A stretch of 64,000 bases of DNA. It comes from an uncultured Phycisphaerales bacterium (GTDB lineage Bacteria; Planctomycetota; Phycisphaerae; Sedimentisphaerales; Anaerobacaceae). A program made the translations under genes and the position numbers. Every line of letters begins with the position of its first letter. Position 1 is the first letter of the stretch. The notes below the pieces were generated by a model. That model saw only the letters and a list, made by a program, of their open reading frames with translations, did no database searches and was not told the origin of the DNA. Below, piece after piece: positions 10,028 to 24,287 of the stretch. The DNA lies in the NCBI GenBank assembly GCA_963718665.1, contig OY970359.1:2432001-2496000 (forward strand), written 5' to 3'.

Positions 10028-12208
10028 ATGAAAACTGAAAAGCGGTTCAACAAACAGCGTTCAGCGTTCAGCGTTCAGTGTTTGGCGATAATTGTTCTTT
10101 GTTCATCGGTTGTTTTTGCGGCGTATCCCTTCGAAGACCCGAATCTCCCGATAGAAGACAGGGTGAATAATATCGTTTCTCTTATGACACTGGAGGAAAA
10201 AATATCCTGTCTCAGTACCGACCCCAATGTTTTGCGGCTCGGTATCAAAGGTTCCCGGCATATCGAAGGGCTTCACGGGGTTGCGCTTGGCGGGCCGGGC
10301 GGATGGGGCAGGGATAATCCCGTCCCTACGACGCAGTTTCCGCAGGCGATTGGTATGGCAGAGACCTGGGACACAGACATAATTAAGCAGGCGGGCGAAA
10401 TCGAGGGCTACGAAGCGCGATACACATTCCAGAAGTTAAACAGGGGCGCGCTTGTCGTAAGGGCACCGAACGCCGATTTGGGCAGGGACCCGCGGTGGGG
10501 GAGGACCGAGGAGTGTTACGGCGAGGACCCGTATTTTAACGGGACACTCGTCGTTGCCTTTGTGAAAGGGCTTCAGGGGGACAATCCGAAGTACTGGCAG
10601 ACGGCCGCGCTTATGAAGCACTTCCTGGCCAACAGCAATGAGAACGGCCGCGGCAAATCATCCTCCAATTTTAACGAACGCCTTTTGAGAGAGTATTATT
10701 CGGTTCCTTTCAGGATGGGTGTTGTCGAGGGCGGCTCCCGCGCTTATATGGCCTCATACAATGCCTACAATGGGATACCCTGCACAGTTCAGCCGATTCT
10801 GAAAGATATCACAATCAAAGAGTGGGGACAGGACGGCATAATCTGCACCGACGGGGGCGCTTATAAAAACCTGGTTACTCAGCACAGGTATTATCTCGAA
10901 ATGGATATGGCTGCCGCGGCGTGTATTAAGGCGGGCATCAACCAGTTTCTGGACAGATACCGCGATGGTGTAAACGATGCGCTTAAAAATAAGCTGCTGA
11001 CCGAGGCGGACATCGATAATGTTATAAAAGGTAATTACAGGGTTATGATTCGGCTTGGTCTGCTCGACCCGCCTGATAATAACCCTTATGCCAAAATCGG
11101 CAGGACCGATGCACAGGACCCCTGGCTTACAGACAAGCATAAGCAATTTGCCCGATTGATTACGCAAAAATCGATCGTCCTGCTGAAAAACACCAATAAT
11201 TTATTGCCTCTTGATAAGGACAAGCTGAAATCCGTCGCGGTAATCGGTCCACGTGCCGATGAGGTCCTGCTCGACTGGTATAGCGGCACGCCGCCTTATA
11301 CTGTTTCACCGTATGAGGGAATAAAAAATAAACTCTCTGGCAGGGCGACGGTTCAGCTCGCTATTGATGATACCAACAACGCTGCGGTTAATCTGGCGAA
11401 ACAATCCGACGTAGTTATTGTCTGCGTCGGTAATCACCCGACCTGTGACGCCAATTTTGGAAATTGCCCGAATCCCGGCGAGGGCAAGGAGGCGATTGAC
11501 CGGAAAATCATCACTCTCAGTCAGGAAGAACTGATAAAAAAGGTATATCGAGCAAATCCCAATACGGTTGTCGTGTTAATCAGCAGTTTCCCCTATGCTA
11601 TTACATGGACACAGCATAATGTCCCCGCGATAATTCATATGACGCACAACAGCCAGGAACTTGGCAACGCTTTAGCGGATGTTCTTTTTGGCGATTATAA
11701 TCCGGCTGGCCGGCTCGTCCAGACGTGGCCTCGTTCTCTTGACCAGTTGCCGCCTATGATGGATTATGATATTCGCGACGGCAGAACGTATATGTATTTC
11801 AAAGGCGAGCCGCTTTATCCATTCGGATATGGTTTGAGTTACACCACTTTCAAATATACGAATATGCGGACAAGTTCAGACAGCATTTCCGAGAATGGCC
11901 GGATTACTGTAAGCGTGGATATTACAAATACCGGCTCACTCCCTGGCGACGAGGTCGTTCAGATGTATGTCAGGCACCTTGGTTCCGAAATTCAAAGACC
12001 GCTTAAAGAGCTGAAAGGTTTCAGGCGAATTACGCTGCAGCCGAATGAAACGAAGACCGTCCAGATACAGTTAAAGGCAGAATCGCTCGCTTACTGGAAC
12101 ACGGATGCGCAGCGATTTGTTGTGGAGCGTGACAAAATCCATATAATGCTCGGCGGGTCTTCCGCACAGACCAAACTCGAAAAAACCGTAAGCGTAGTTG
12201 GGGGGTAA
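10028..12208 (+). CDS. Glycoside hydrolase family 3 (beta-glucosidase/beta-xylosidase)
   Basis: [29 protein letters not shown] (nucleophile Asp) and [10 protein letters not shown] motifs; FnIII-like C-terminus. Confidence 0.92.
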   Translation: MKTEKRFNKQRSAFSVQCLAIIVLCSSVVFAAYPFEDPNLPIEDRVNNIVSLMTLEEKISCLSTDPNVLRLGIKGSRHIEGLHGVALGGPGGWGRDNPVPTTQFPQAIGMAETWDTDIIKQAGEIEGYEARYTFQKLNRGALVVRAPNADLGRDPRWGRTEECYGEDPYFNGTLVVAFVKGLQGDNPKYWQTAALMKHFLANSNENGRGKSSSNFNERLLREYYSVPFRMGVVEGGSRAYMASYNAYNGIPCTVQPILKDITIKEWGQDGIICTDGGAYKNLVTQHRYYLEMDMAAAACIKAGINQFLDRYRDGVNDALKNKLLTEADIDNVIKGNYRVMIRLGLLDPPDNNPYAKIGRTDAQDPWLTDKHKQFARLITQKSIVLLKNTNNLLPLDKDKLKSVAVIGPRADEVLLDWYSGTPPYTVSPYEGIKNKLSGRATVQLAIDDTNNAAVNLAKQSDVVIVCVGNHPTCDANFGNCPNPGEGKEAIDRKIITLSQEELIKKVYRANPNTVVVLISSFPYAITWTQHNVPAIIHMTHNSQELGNALADVLFGDYNPAGRLVQTWPRSLDQLPPMMDYDIRDGRTYMYFKGEPLYPFGYGLSYTTFKYTNMRTSSDSISENGRITVSVDITNTGSLPGDEVVQMYVRHLGSEIQRPLKELKGFRRITLQPNETKTVQIQLKAESLAYWNTDAQRFVVERDKIHIMLGGSSAQTKLEKTVSVVGG

Positions 12209-12213
12209 TTACA

Positions 12214-14589
12214 ATGAATCTTAAAATAAACGATGCCGTAAAAACGATAGGTTGCATGTTGGTTATTTGCTTCGCGGGCTTTGGCAATGGTGCGTCCGCT
12301 GACGACCTGACGTTGTGGTACACACAGCCGGCGAAACAATGGGTTGAGGCGCTGCCCATCGGCAACGGCCGGCTTGGTGCTATGGTCTTTGGCGGCATCG
12401 ATAAAGAACGTATCCAGCTTAACGAAGACACCCTTTCCGCTGGCGGGCCATACGACCCGACTAATCCAAATGCCCTCGCTGCGCTGCCCGAGGCACGCCG
12501 GCTCATCTTCGCGGGTGACTTTAATCAGGCCAATAAGCTCATCGGCGAGAAAATGATGGGCAGGCCGATAACGCAGATGCCGTATCAGACGGTAGGCGAT
12601 TTGTATCTTACGTTTGCGAATATCGAAGGGGCCGCAAATTATCGCCGGCAGCTTGACCTTGATACTGCTATTGCCCGTGTGGATTTCCGCGCCGGCGATG
12701 TAAATTTCACACGCGAAGTATTTTCCAGCCCGATTGACCAGATAATTGTTATTCGCCTAACAGCGGACAAACCGGGAAAGATTTCGTTTGCCGCGGCGAT
12801 GCGCACTCCACAGAAAGCAACCATAATGGTGGAATCGCCAGATACGATGATAATGCGAGGCGTCAATCCGCAGGCGGCTGGCATAAGGGGGGCATTGAAG
12901 TTTCAGGCCCTTTTGAAAGTGATGGTTACTGGCGGGCAAATTAGCAGTGACCAGAACCAGGTTTCCGTTACCAACGCGGATTCCGCAACGCTTCTGGTCG
13001 ATGCGGCGACGAGTTATAAAAGTTTCAAGGATGTCACCGGCGACCCGGACGCTATTATACGTAAGCATATTGGCGAGGCGACAAAAAGAGCTTTTGAAAT
13101 TATTCGCAAAGACCATATAGCCGAACATCAACGGCTGTTTAGCCGGGTAAAGTTAGACCTCGGCACTACGGAAGCTTCCAAACGTCCCACCGATGCGAGA
13201 ATCAAAACCTTTGCTTCCGCCAATGACCCTCAGCTTGCGGCCTTATATTTTCAATTCGGGCGTTACCTGCTTATTTGCTGTTCTCGTCCCGGTGGCCAGC
13301 CGGCGAACCTGCAGGGTTTATGGAATGAAAGCACCAATCCGCCCTGGGGCTGTAAATATACGGTTAATATCAATACCGAAATGAACTACTGGCATGTGGA
13401 AACGACGAACATTTCTGAGTGTGTAGAACCGCTGATAGCGATGATAATGGACTTGAACGAAACCGGTGCTCACACCGCTAAAGTGTGCTGGGATGCCGAC
13501 GGCTGGGTTTGTAATCATAACACTGATTTGTGGCGTGCTACTGCGCCGGTCGATGGGCCATTGTGGGGCTTTTGGCCTACGGGCGGGGCGTGGCTTTGCC
13601 AGCACATCTGGGAACACTACCTTTTCACTTGCGACAAGGAATTTCTGGCAAAGACGTATCCTGTGATGAAAGGTGCGGCTCAGTTCTTTCTCGATACCCT
13701 TGTTGAAGAGCCGAATCATCACTGGCTTGTTACCTGCCCGTCACTGTCTCCTGAGAACATTCATCCTTTCGGAAACGTTAGCATTTGCGCGGGGCCGACG
13801 ATGGATACGGAAATTCTGCGTGACCTGTTTTCCAACTGTATAAGCGCATCGGAAATCCTCGGCATTGATAAAGATTTTCGTGAACGTCTTGCTGTCGCGC
13901 GAGCCCGTCTTGCGCCGTTACAAATCGGCAAAGCGGGCCAGCTTCAGGAATGGCTCGATGACTGGGATATGCAGGCGCCGGAAATTCATCACCGTCACGT
14001 ATCGCATCTTTACGGGCTTTTTCCGAGCGACCAGATTTCAGTGCACAAGACGCCTGAACTTGCCGCGGCAGCCCGCAAATCGCTGGAGATTCGCGGCGAT
14101 GACGCCACCGGTTGGGGACTTGGCTGGCGTTTGAATCTCTGGGCGCGACTTCACGACGCCGAACACGCTTATAAAATCCTCCGTATGCTGCTGTCCCCGG
14201 ACCGCACCTACCCGAATATGTTCGACGCACATCCGCCTTTCCAGATAGACGGCAACTTCGGCGGAACCTCCGGTATAGTGGAAATGCTTCTACAGAGCAT
14301 AAATGGTGAAATAGAAATGCTGCCCGCGCTGCCGAAGGCCTGGCCGACCGGCTCAGTAAAAGGATTAAGGGCGAGAGGCGGGTTTGAGGTAGATATTGCG
14401 TGGAAAGATGGTCTCCTGGACAACGCAACTATAAGATCGCTCAACGGCAACGCTGTTCGCGTTCGCACGGCAGCGCCGATAAATGTCACCTTAAAGGGGA
14501 AAGCCGTTGAGGTAACCAGACCACAAGCCAATGTCGTGGCCTTCAAAACCAAGGCAAACCAAAGTTATAATCTCACGGTCAGCCAATAA
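12214..14589 (+). CDS. Glycoside hydrolase family 95 alpha-L-fucosidase
   Basis: [50 protein letters not shown] and [11 protein letters not shown] motifs. Confidence 0.93.
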   Translation: MNLKINDAVKTIGCMLVICFAGFGNGASADDLTLWYTQPAKQWVEALPIGNGRLGAMVFGGIDKERIQLNEDTLSAGGPYDPTNPNALAALPEARRLIFAGDFNQANKLIGEKMMGRPITQMPYQTVGDLYLTFANIEGAANYRRQLDLDTAIARVDFRAGDVNFTREVFSSPIDQIIVIRLTADKPGKISFAAAMRTPQKATIMVESPDTMIMRGVNPQAAGIRGALKFQALLKVMVTGGQISSDQNQVSVTNADSATLLVDAATSYKSFKDVTGDPDAIIRKHIGEATKRAFEIIRKDHIAEHQRLFSRVKLDLGTTEASKRPTDARIKTFASANDPQLAALYFQFGRYLLICCSRPGGQPANLQGLWNESTNPPWGCKYTVNINTEMNYWHVETTNISECVEPLIAMIMDLNETGAHTAKVCWDADGWVCNHNTDLWRATAPVDGPLWGFWPTGGAWLCQHIWEHYLFTCDKEFLAKTYPVMKGAAQFFLDTLVEEPNHHWLVTCPSLSPENIHPFGNVSICAGPTMDTEILRDLFSNCISASEILGIDKDFRERLAVARARLAPLQIGKAGQLQEWLDDWDMQAPEIHHRHVSHLYGLFPSDQISVHKTPELAAAARKSLEIRGDDATGWGLGWRLNLWARLHDAEHAYKILRMLLSPDRTYPNMFDAHPPFQIDGNFGGTSGIVEMLLQSINGEIEMLPALPKAWPTGSVKGLRARGGFEVDIAWKDGLLDNATIRSLNGNAVRVRTAAPINVTLKGKAVEVTRPQANVVAFKTKANQSYNLTVSQ

Positions 14590-14600
14590 AAGGACGAGTT

Positions 14601-17369
14601 ATGAGAGCAGCAAATACAATTATTGTATCGATACTTGTGATTTGCTCTGCATCTGCTTTTGCCGGAGACAACTTGGTTAATCTTGCGGGTCAATGGCGGT
14701 TTGCTCTCGATGTAAACAACGCAGGGATAAAAGATAAATGGTTCGAGAAATCCTTAGACGACACCATTCAACTTCCCGGCACCACCGACGAAAACCGCAA
14801 GGGAATACTCAACAATGCCCGCGAAACAAGCCGGCTTACGCGTTTGTATCCATTTGTCGGCTCCGCCTGGTATCAGCAGGATATAAACATACCGGCTGAA
14901 TGGTCAAACAAACGTATCACATTATTTCTCGAATGCACAAAAAACAGTCGGCTTTGGGTTGACGCCAACGGTCTCAGCACACAGGATTCGTTAGTTGCTC
15001 CTCATATTTATTCGCTTGGCCCTTTGTCGCCGGGCAGGCATCAGTTAACGCTGCGAATCAATAATTCCGAATACCCGCCCATCGGCGACCCGCACCAGAT
15101 TAGTGACCAGACGCAAACTAACTGGAATGGCGTCATCGGCAAAATCGGACTTATCGCGACCGACCCTGTCTGTATCGACGACGTTCAGGTTTATCCGGAT
15201 GTTGTCGCAAAAACAGTCAAAGTTCGCGTCAGTGTAATCAACACTACGGGGCTGCAGGCCAATTCAACCTTGACGTTTAAAGCATCGAAAACAGACGGGA
15301 CGCCGCAGGGCCAGCCCGTTTCGATTTCTTTTCCGGCAGGCGACAAGCCGGTGGTAGTTGAAGTCAACTATCCGCTCGGTGATAACGCGAAATATTGGGA
15401 TGAGTTTTCTCCTGTGCTTTACAGGATTACCGTTTCTCTTGATGCTTCGTCGGCAGGAAAAAAATATGCCGACAGCAGGGAGGTTACTTTTGGCCTGCGA
15501 GAATTCAAGGCGAAGGGGACACAATTCAATATCAACGGAAGGACAACATTCCTTCGCGGCAAACACGACGCCTGTGTCTTTCCGCTCACGGGTTATCCGC
15601 CTATGACTGTCGCGGGCTGGCTGAAGGTTTTCAATACCGCAAAATCATACGGCATAAATCATTATCGTTTTCATACCTGGTGTCCGCCCGAGGCAGCGTT
15701 CGAGGCGGCGGACCAGGTGGGCGTATATATGGAGGTGGAATTGCCGAACTGGGCCAACTTCGGCGAGCCAAACCATGATAATTTCTGTCTGGCAGAAGGC
15801 GAACGGCTTCTGAAAACTTTCGGCAATCACCCGTCTTTTGTTATGCTTGCCCTGGGAAATGAGCTGGGCGGCAAACAGGAGCTGATGGTGCCGGTCGTGA
15901 GGCAATTGCGTCTGCTTGACTCCCGCCATCTCTATGCTCAGGGCACCAACAACTGGTTCGGTATGGTTGACCCCAACGACGATTTCTGGGTGAGTTGGCA
16001 GGTTCGCTGGCAGAAAATCCGCGGTTCATACGCAGCGGTCGATACCCCTCTGGGACATATACAGGTCGGCCCGCCGGGGACAGATAAAGATTACACCCGT
16101 GAAATCAAAGGCATTACCGTACCTGTTATTTCTACCGAAATAGGCCAATATCAAATATATCCCGACTACCGTGAAATCGACAAATACACTGGCGTTGTGC
16201 GGGCGCGCAATTTTGAAATCTTCCGTGACCGTCTCAAACAAAATGGAATGCTTGACCAGGCAGGCGATTTCTTCCGTGCGTCAGGGGCATTGGCAGTGCT
16301 GTGCTATCGTGAGGATATCGAGGCAGCATTGCGAACTCGTGGTTTTGGCGGCTTCCAGCTTCTCGATTTGCAGGATTTTCCCGGGCAGGGCACCGCTCTT
16401 GTGGGCATACTCGATGCTTTTATGGAATCGAAGGGTCTCATCGAGCCGGCCAAGTGGCGTCAATTTTGTTGCGAAACTGTTCCTCTTGTCCGTATGAGTA
16501 AATACACTTGGACAGTGGGCGAGACATTTAACGCCAAGACGCAGGTTGCTCACTTTGGTTCGTCCGACATCAATAACGCCGTCGGCGTCTGGATCCTGCA
16601 AAATGCCAAAGGGAACACTCTTGCCTCCGGGCGATTGCCTGCACAAAATATATCTCAGGGGACGCTTGCGTCACTTGGGGATATCAATATCCCGCTTAAG
16701 GATGTTGCTTCGCCGACAAAACTTAAACTTACGTTTGCGATTGAAGGAACCAACTTCGCTAATTCATACAATATCTGGGTATATCCTGATAAGGCCGACA
16801 CATCCGTGGGTAATGTCATCATAAGCCGAAAGTATGATGATGCGACGCGAGAGGCATTGAATATCGGCAAAAGTGTTCTGCTCATACCGGAAGCCAACGA
16901 CCTTAACAATTCGCTCCCCGGTATGTTTGCCTCTGATTTTTGGAATTACGGAATGTTTAAAAAGCTGGCCGAGGAGAGAAAAGTCCCTGTTGCTCCTGGG
17001 ACTCTGGGTATACTTTGCGACCCTTATCATCCTGCGTTTGCTGATTTCCCCACGGAGTTCCACTCCAACTGGCAGTGGTTCAATCTGCTTCGCAATTCCC
17101 GCACGATGATTCTTGACGCGATGCCTGCCGGCTACAGGCCGATCGTCCAGGTTATTGATAACTGCGAACGGGCAAAGAAACTGGGCAATATCTTTGAAGT
17201 CAAAATGGGTAAGGGGAAACTGCTGGTCTGCTCAATAAATCTGCCTGCGATACAGGATAAACCCGAAGCGAGGCAGCTATTGCACAGTTTATTACGGTAT
17301 ATGAACTCAAACCGTTTTGAGCCGAAAACGACAATTGATGACACGACCCTTGGCCGCATACTTCAGTAG
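14601..17369 (+). CDS. Glycoside hydrolase family 2-like secreted protein
   Basis: Signal peptide; LAGQWRF, FGLREF, YGINHYRFHTWCPPEAAF, NHPSFVMLALGNE and LDLQDFPGQG motifs. Confidence 0.82.
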   Translation: MRAANTIIVSILVICSASAFAGDNLVNLAGQWRFALDVNNAGIKDKWFEKSLDDTIQLPGTTDENRKGILNNARETSRLTRLYPFVGSAWYQQDINIPAEWSNKRITLFLECTKNSRLWVDANGLSTQDSLVAPHIYSLGPLSPGRHQLTLRINNSEYPPIGDPHQISDQTQTNWNGVIGKIGLIATDPVCIDDVQVYPDVVAKTVKVRVSVINTTGLQANSTLTFKASKTDGTPQGQPVSISFPAGDKPVVVEVNYPLGDNAKYWDEFSPVLYRITVSLDASSAGKKYADSREVTFGLREFKAKGTQFNINGRTTFLRGKHDACVFPLTGYPPMTVAGWLKVFNTAKSYGINHYRFHTWCPPEAAFEAADQVGVYMEVELPNWANFGEPNHDNFCLAEGERLLKTFGNHPSFVMLALGNELGGKQELMVPVVRQLRLLDSRHLYAQGTNNWFGMVDPNDDFWVSWQVRWQKIRGSYAAVDTPLGHIQVGPPGTDKDYTREIKGITVPVISTEIGQYQIYPDYREIDKYTGVVRARNFEIFRDRLKQNGMLDQAGDFFRASGALAVLCYREDIEAALRTRGFGGFQLLDLQDFPGQGTALVGILDAFMESKGLIEPAKWRQFCCETVPLVRMSKYTWTVGETFNAKTQVAHFGSSDINNAVGVWILQNAKGNTLASGRLPAQNISQGTLASLGDINIPLKDVASPTKLKLTFAIEGTNFANSYNIWVYPDKADTSVGNVIISRKYDDATREALNIGKSVLLIPEANDLNNSLPGMFASDFWNYGMFKKLAEERKVPVAPGTLGILCDPYHPAFADFPTEFHSNWQWFNLLRNSRTMILDAMPAGYRPIVQVIDNCERAKKLGNIFEVKMGKGKLLVCSINLPAIQDKPEARQLLHSLLRYMNSNRFEPKTTIDDTTLGRILQ

Positions 17370-17420
17370 GTTAGCGGGAACAGAATAATATAAACAGACA
17401 GGCGAGCAGGAGTCAGGTTG

Positions 17421-17504
17421 TTATTTCTTTTTTTTGCCTTTGCTCTTTTTGGCCTTTTTGATGCTCTTTTTCATTCCCGACCGACATCCACACGTATTAC
17501 ACAT
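17421..17504 (-). CDS. Small 27-aa Cys/Lys-rich peptide MCNTCGCRSGMKKSIKKAKKSKGKKKK
   Basis: ATG at 17504 with AGGAAAGGA RBS about 6 nt upstream; CxxCxC N-terminus and poly-Lys tail; lies wholly in intergenic space. Confidence 0.6.
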   Translation of the reverse strand: MCNTCGCRSGMKKSIKKAKKSKGKKKK

Positions 17505-17688
17505 TTTTATTCCTTTCCTAAACCTGATACATGTTGACTTGTTTGCCGCACAGGTTATACTACCATCCTGCCCCGAAATGGTCAACAACCCACTGTCTGA
17601 GGCGAGATTGACTGGCGCATTTGCGTTGATTTTGCCGAACATTTAAATAAATGGCCGATAAGGCAGGACGGCAACATTGGGATGCCAG

Positions 17689-18492
17689 ATGTTACAAAGT
17701 GTTGTTTTAGCTGAACTGAATCCGTTAAAGCCGGTGATAGCTGCGCCGTTGTTTCGTTTTTCAATAGACGGATACGAGATTATATTCAGCAACCACATGC
17801 TGATGGTAACGGTTGCTGCGGTTGTCTTGCTGATAATAATCCCTCTTGGGATAAGCAGGAAAAGCTTGACGCCTCGCGGGTGGCAGAACTTTGTCGAAAG
17901 TTTATGCGTTTTTCTTCGTGATGAGGTCGCCCGGCCAGTCCTCGGACATAACACAGACAGGTTCATCTTTTTCGTCTGGACGATGTTTTTCTTCATTTTG
18001 ACGATGAATCTGCTCGGGATGGTTCCTACTGAAGCGATGGTTTATCTTATAACGGGCAAGGAGTATCGCTATGGCGGCGGTGCCACAGCCAACATCTGGA
18101 TTACAGGCGCCCTGGCGATGGTGACATTCGTCCTTACTCACGCTGTCGGGATAAAAGAATACGGACTATTAAAATATCTCTCGATGCTGGCGCCGAAGGT
18201 GCCGTGGCCCATCCTGCCTTTGATTTACGTCCTGGAGATATTAAGCGCGCTGGTCAGGCCTTTCGCCTTGGCTGTCCGTTTGTTCGCTAATATGCTCGCG
18301 GGCCATATAGTACTGGCGACCTTCATCGGCCTCATACTGATTTTCAAGAACTGGTTTGTCGTAGCGGGTTCGGTTGGGGCGATAATAGTGATGTCATCTC
18401 TTGAGCTGCTTATTGCTTTTATACAGGCGTATATTTTCACTTTGCTTTCAGCTTTATTTATAAGCTTGGCTTTGGAATCAGAACATAGTTGA
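17689..18492 (+). CDS. atpB: ATP synthase Fo subunit a
   Basis: PRGWQNFVE, RPFALAVRLFANMLAGH and ELLIAFIQAYIFTLLS motifs. Alternative TTG start at 17677. Confidence 0.95.
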   Translation: MLQSVVLAELNPLKPVIAAPLFRFSIDGYEIIFSNHMLMVTVAAVVLLIIIPLGISRKSLTPRGWQNFVESLCVFLRDEVARPVLGHNTDRFIFFVWTMFFFILTMNLLGMVPTEAMVYLITGKEYRYGGGATANIWITGALAMVTFVLTHAVGIKEYGLLKYLSMLAPKVPWPILPLIYVLEILSALVRPFALAVRLFANMLAGHIVLATFIGLILIFKNWFVVAGSVGAIIVMSSLELLIAFIQAYIFTLLSALFISLALESEHS

Positions 18493-18522
18493 TGGGTTAA
18501 TGTTTTTGGAGGTTTTGAGCAA

Positions 18523-18798
18523 ATGACAGAATTAGCAGGAAGCGTGTTGGCGGCCGAGGTAGGCGTCGGCAATGGTTTGGCGATACTCGGCGCCGTCGTC
18601 GGTTGCGGCCTGGCGATTCTCGGCGCAGGTATCGGTATCGGTTTCATCGGCGGTAAATCGACCGAGGCGATTGCCCGCCAGCCGCAAATAGGCGGAAGAA
18701 TCGTTTCGGCGATGATTATCGCAGCTGCGCTCATTGAGGGCGTTACTTTGTTTGCCTTAGTCATCGGCTTTTTGGCAATCTTCTGGATGAAGGGTTAA
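18523..18798 (+). CDS. atpE: ATP synthase Fo subunit c
   Basis: GAGIGIG, ARQP loop and LIEG carboxylate. Confidence 0.95.
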   Translation: MTELAGSVLAAEVGVGNGLAILGAVVGCGLAILGAGIGIGFIGGKSTEAIARQPQIGGRIVSAMIIAAALIEGVTLFALVIGFLAIFWMKG

Positions 18799-18814
18799 AC
18801 AAGAGGGCAAATAA

Positions 18815-19393
18815 ATGTTCAGATTAAAAACAACAGTAGTCGTGTTGCTGGTGCTTTCAGCAGGCGCATGCGCATTGGCGTCAGGCGGCGAGGCGTCGAC
18901 CGAGGAGCAGGGCATTTTCAGCGGCACGTTCGCTGATTCGTTATGGACTCTGATTGCCTTTGTGCTGCTCCTTGTAATCCTTACCAAAGTTGCGTGGAAG
19001 CCGCTGGTTAAGCAGCTCCAGGCCCGTCAGGATTATATAAAACAGCAGATAGACGCAGCGGACACGTCTCGCAAAAATGCCGAGGCGCTGCTCGACCAGT
19101 ACAAACAGCAGGGTATCGAGATTGTGAACAAACTGACCGCGCAGGCACAATTGCTTGAAAAGGAAATGGTCAGCAAAGCCGGCGACGAAGTTGCCCAGAT
19201 GAAACGAAGAGCACAGGCAGACATCGAATACGCCAGAATCTCGGCATCGCAGCGGATGTGGCAGGAGGCCGAGGATATGCTGCTTGCGCTTAGCGGCGAA
19301 ATTGTCGGAAGGGCCGTTACTCATGAGGACAATCTCCGGCTTCTCTATGAATCCATAGAAAAGCTCAAACGCGAACAGACGGGTGGACGATGA
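18815..19393 (+). CDS. atpF: ATP synthase Fo subunit b
   Basis: TM helix followed by AWKPL and a coiled coil; operon position. Confidence 0.9.
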   Translation: MFRLKTTVVVLLVLSAGACALASGGEASTEEQGIFSGTFADSLWTLIAFVLLLVILTKVAWKPLVKQLQARQDYIKQQIDAADTSRKNAEALLDQYKQQGIEIVNKLTAQAQLLEKEMVSKAGDEVAQMKRRAQADIEYARISASQRMWQEAEDMLLALSGEIVGRAVTHEDNLRLLYESIEKLKREQTGGR

Positions 19394-19980
19394 CCGGAAC
19401 CGATATAGGGCTGCACGTTGGCGACCTCTACTCAAAGGCGTTGTATGACCTTGCAGCGGAGTTCGGAATTGTCGAAGAGGTCAAAGACGAGCTGACGATG
19501 CTTGAGACGCTTATCGCGCAGGAAAAGGAATTTCTGCACATTATGGCGTCGCCGCAGTTTACCGCCGAATACAAGCAGTCGCTGCTGAACAAAATGTTCT
19601 CGGGTAAAACAAGTGATTTGACCCTGAATTTTCTGCTCGCAGTTGACAGGCACAACAGGACGATGTACCTGCCGCAAATGATAACCAGTTTCGGCGAATT
19701 ATGGGATGCCCATCATGGTATCAGTATTGTTGAGCTGACGCTTCACGACAATATCAATCCTGATGAGCTGGCCGGCATTACACAGGCCATTTCGAACGCG
19801 ATGGGCAAACAGATTCAGCTTAAATTGAAGGTTAAGCCCGCCATTATGGGCGGGGCGGTCATAAGATACGGTGAAAGTGTTATCGATAATTCGATAAAGA
19901 ATCGGCTGTATCACGCCGTGCGTACTGTAATGGACAGTTGTAAACAGATAAGGATAAAAGATGAAGTCCAATGTCAGTGA
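19390..19980 (+). CDS. atpH: ATP synthase F1 subunit delta
   Basis: YSKALYDLA and [21 protein letters not shown] motifs; operon position. Confidence 0.9.
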   Translation: MTGTDIGLHVGDLYSKALYDLAAEFGIVEEVKDELTMLETLIAQEKEFLHIMASPQFTAEYKQSLLNKMFSGKTSDLTLNFLLAVDRHNRTMYLPQMITSFGELWDAHHGISIVELTLHDNINPDELAGITQAISNAMGKQIQLKLKVKPAIMGGAVIRYGESVIDNSIKNRLYHAVRTVMDSCKQIRIKDEVQCQ

Positions 19981-21469
19981 AATCAGCAGTATTCTAAAGC
20001 AGGAAATAACCCGCTATAAAAACAAGCTCGACGTTTCCTCTGTCGGAAGGGTTGTCGAGGTGGGCGACGGCATCGCGCGTATCTACGGCCTGGATAACGC
20101 TATGTCCAGCGAGATGCTTCGCTTTGAAAACGACGTCCGCGGCGAGGTGTTCAACCTCGAAGAGGATTCCATAGGAGCCGTCATCTACGGCGACTATACG
20201 AGCGTCAAGGAAGGGTCCGACGTCTATGGGACGGGCCAGGTTCTTTCGGTGCCGGTCGGGCCTGAGCTTATCGGCCGAATCGTAAACCCGCTTTGTGAGC
20301 CGATTGACGGCAAATCGCTCATAACATCCGCATCCAGAAGATTCATCGAATCGGAAGCCCCGAATATCTCCGAAAGACAGCCGGTCAAACAGCCGCTGCA
20401 GACGGGCATAAAAAGCATTGATTCTATGATACCCATCGGAAGGGGACAAAGAGAGCTTATCATCGGCGACCGCAAGACGGGCAAAACCGCTATTGCCGTT
20501 GACACGATAATTAACCAGAAGGGGCAAAACGTAATCTGCGTTTATGTCGCCATCGGCCAGAAGGAATCCACCGTCGCTGAAATAGTCGAGACGCTCAGGC
20601 GTTTCGGCGCGATGGAATATACAATTATTGTCGCCGCCGCTGCCGCCGACAGCGCGCCTATGCAATATATAGCTCCTTACGCGGGCTGCGCAATCGCGGA
20701 ATATTTTATGTATGAGCAGCACCGCGACACGCTTTGCATTTACGACGACCTCAGCAAGCACGCGGTAGCATATCGCCAGTTGAGCTTGCTTCTTCGGCGT
20801 CCTCCGGGACGAGAGGCATACCCGGGCGACATATTCTATCTGCACAGCCGGTTGCTCGAACGTAGTGTGAAGCTTTCCGATGCGCTTGGCGGCGGCTCGC
20901 TTACCGCGCTGCCAGTAGTCGAAACGCTCGAAGGCCAGGTATCGGCGTATATTCCCACCAACATTATTTCAATCACCGATGGCCAGATTTATTTGCAGAA
21001 AGACCTTTTCCACGCCGGCATCAGGCCCGCTATCGACGTCGGCATCAGCGTCAGCCGAGTAGGCGGAAACGCGCAGGTCGCCGCGATGAAGCGCGTCGCC
21101 GCGAAACTGCGTCTTGACCTGGCGTCATATAACGAGCTGCTCAATTTCGCCCGGCTTGGAACCGAGCTTGACGCGACGGCGCAGGCACAACTCGACAGAG
21201 GCGCCCGAATGGTCGAATTGCTCAAACAGCCGCAATTTACCCCGATGACCGTCGGCGAACAGGTCATAACTATTTTCGCCGGCTCTACGGGACTCCTCGA
21301 TGATATCCCCGTTGACAAGGTCAATGAATTCGGCGTCCCGCTCATAAAATGGATTGCACAGGAGCATCCGGCTTACATAACCGAAATTAATACAACCGGC
21401 AAATTAGACGATGTGCTGGCGGCAAATATTACCGCGGCTATCAGTAAATTCAAGGAAACCCGTAAATAG
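19961..21469 (+). CDS. atpA: ATP synthase F1 subunit alpha
   Basis: [17 protein letters not shown] and [10 protein letters not shown] motifs. Confidence 0.97.
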   Translation: MKSNVSEISSILKQEITRYKNKLDVSSVGRVVEVGDGIARIYGLDNAMSSEMLRFENDVRGEVFNLEEDSIGAVIYGDYTSVKEGSDVYGTGQVLSVPVGPELIGRIVNPLCEPIDGKSLITSASRRFIESEAPNISERQPVKQPLQTGIKSIDSMIPIGRGQRELIIGDRKTGKTAIAVDTIINQKGQNVICVYVAIGQKESTVAEIVETLRRFGAMEYTIIVAAAAADSAPMQYIAPYAGCAIAEYFMYEQHRDTLCIYDDLSKHAVAYRQLSLLLRRPPGREAYPGDIFYLHSRLLERSVKLSDALGGGSLTALPVVETLEGQVSAYIPTNIISITDGQIYLQKDLFHAGIRPAIDVGISVSRVGGNAQVAAMKRVAAKLRLDLASYNELLNFARLGTELDATAQAQLDRGARMVELLKQPQFTPMTVGEQVITIFAGSTGLLDDIPVDKVNEFGVPLIKWIAQEHPAYITEINTTGKLDDVLAANITAAISKFKETRK

Positions 21470-21483
21470 AAATACGCTGAACA

Positions 21484-23807
<2,324 letters not shown>

Positions 23808-23825
23808 TATCGGCCTGCTTTGAAT

Positions 23826-24287
23826 ATGGATAATACTTTTCAATGTGTTGTAGTTGCCCCGCTGGGCAAGATAATCGATTGTAAAGCCACATCGATTGTA
23901 TTCCCCGCCCACGATGGTATGGTCGGCGTCCTTTATGACCATATGCCGATGTTCTGCGAGCTTGGCCTGGGGATGATGGAAATCGAATATGTGTCCGAAG
24001 AAGCCGGCAAGCCGCAGCACAATAAGGCGCTCGTGGTTATTGACACGGGGTTTGCCCTCATCGCACAAAATCTGGCGACTATCGTCTCGAACGATGCTTT
24101 TTCCTCGACCGATATCAAAAAGGAAAGAATCGAGCGTGTGATTGAACGAATCGAGAAAAAGCTGTCAGCCGCCGCTTACCCCCCGGATCAGCAGGAACAC
24201 GAAACACAAAAAGTCGCCCTGCTGAAGACCTTGTTGGCGGGGGGCGAATCGAATCCGCTTGATTTGGCCGGTAAGAGTTCCGTATAA
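23826..24287 (+). CDS. atpC: ATP synthase F1 subunit epsilon
   Basis: VVAP...FPAHDGMVGVLYDHMP; follows atpD. Alternative start 23820. Confidence 0.88.
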   Translation: MDNTFQCVVVAPLGKIIDCKATSIVFPAHDGMVGVLYDHMPMFCELGLGMMEIEYVSEEAGKPQHNKALVVIDTGFALIAQNLATIVSNDAFSSTDIKKERIERVIERIEKKLSAAAYPPDQQEHETQKVALLKTLLAGGESNPLDLAGKSSV

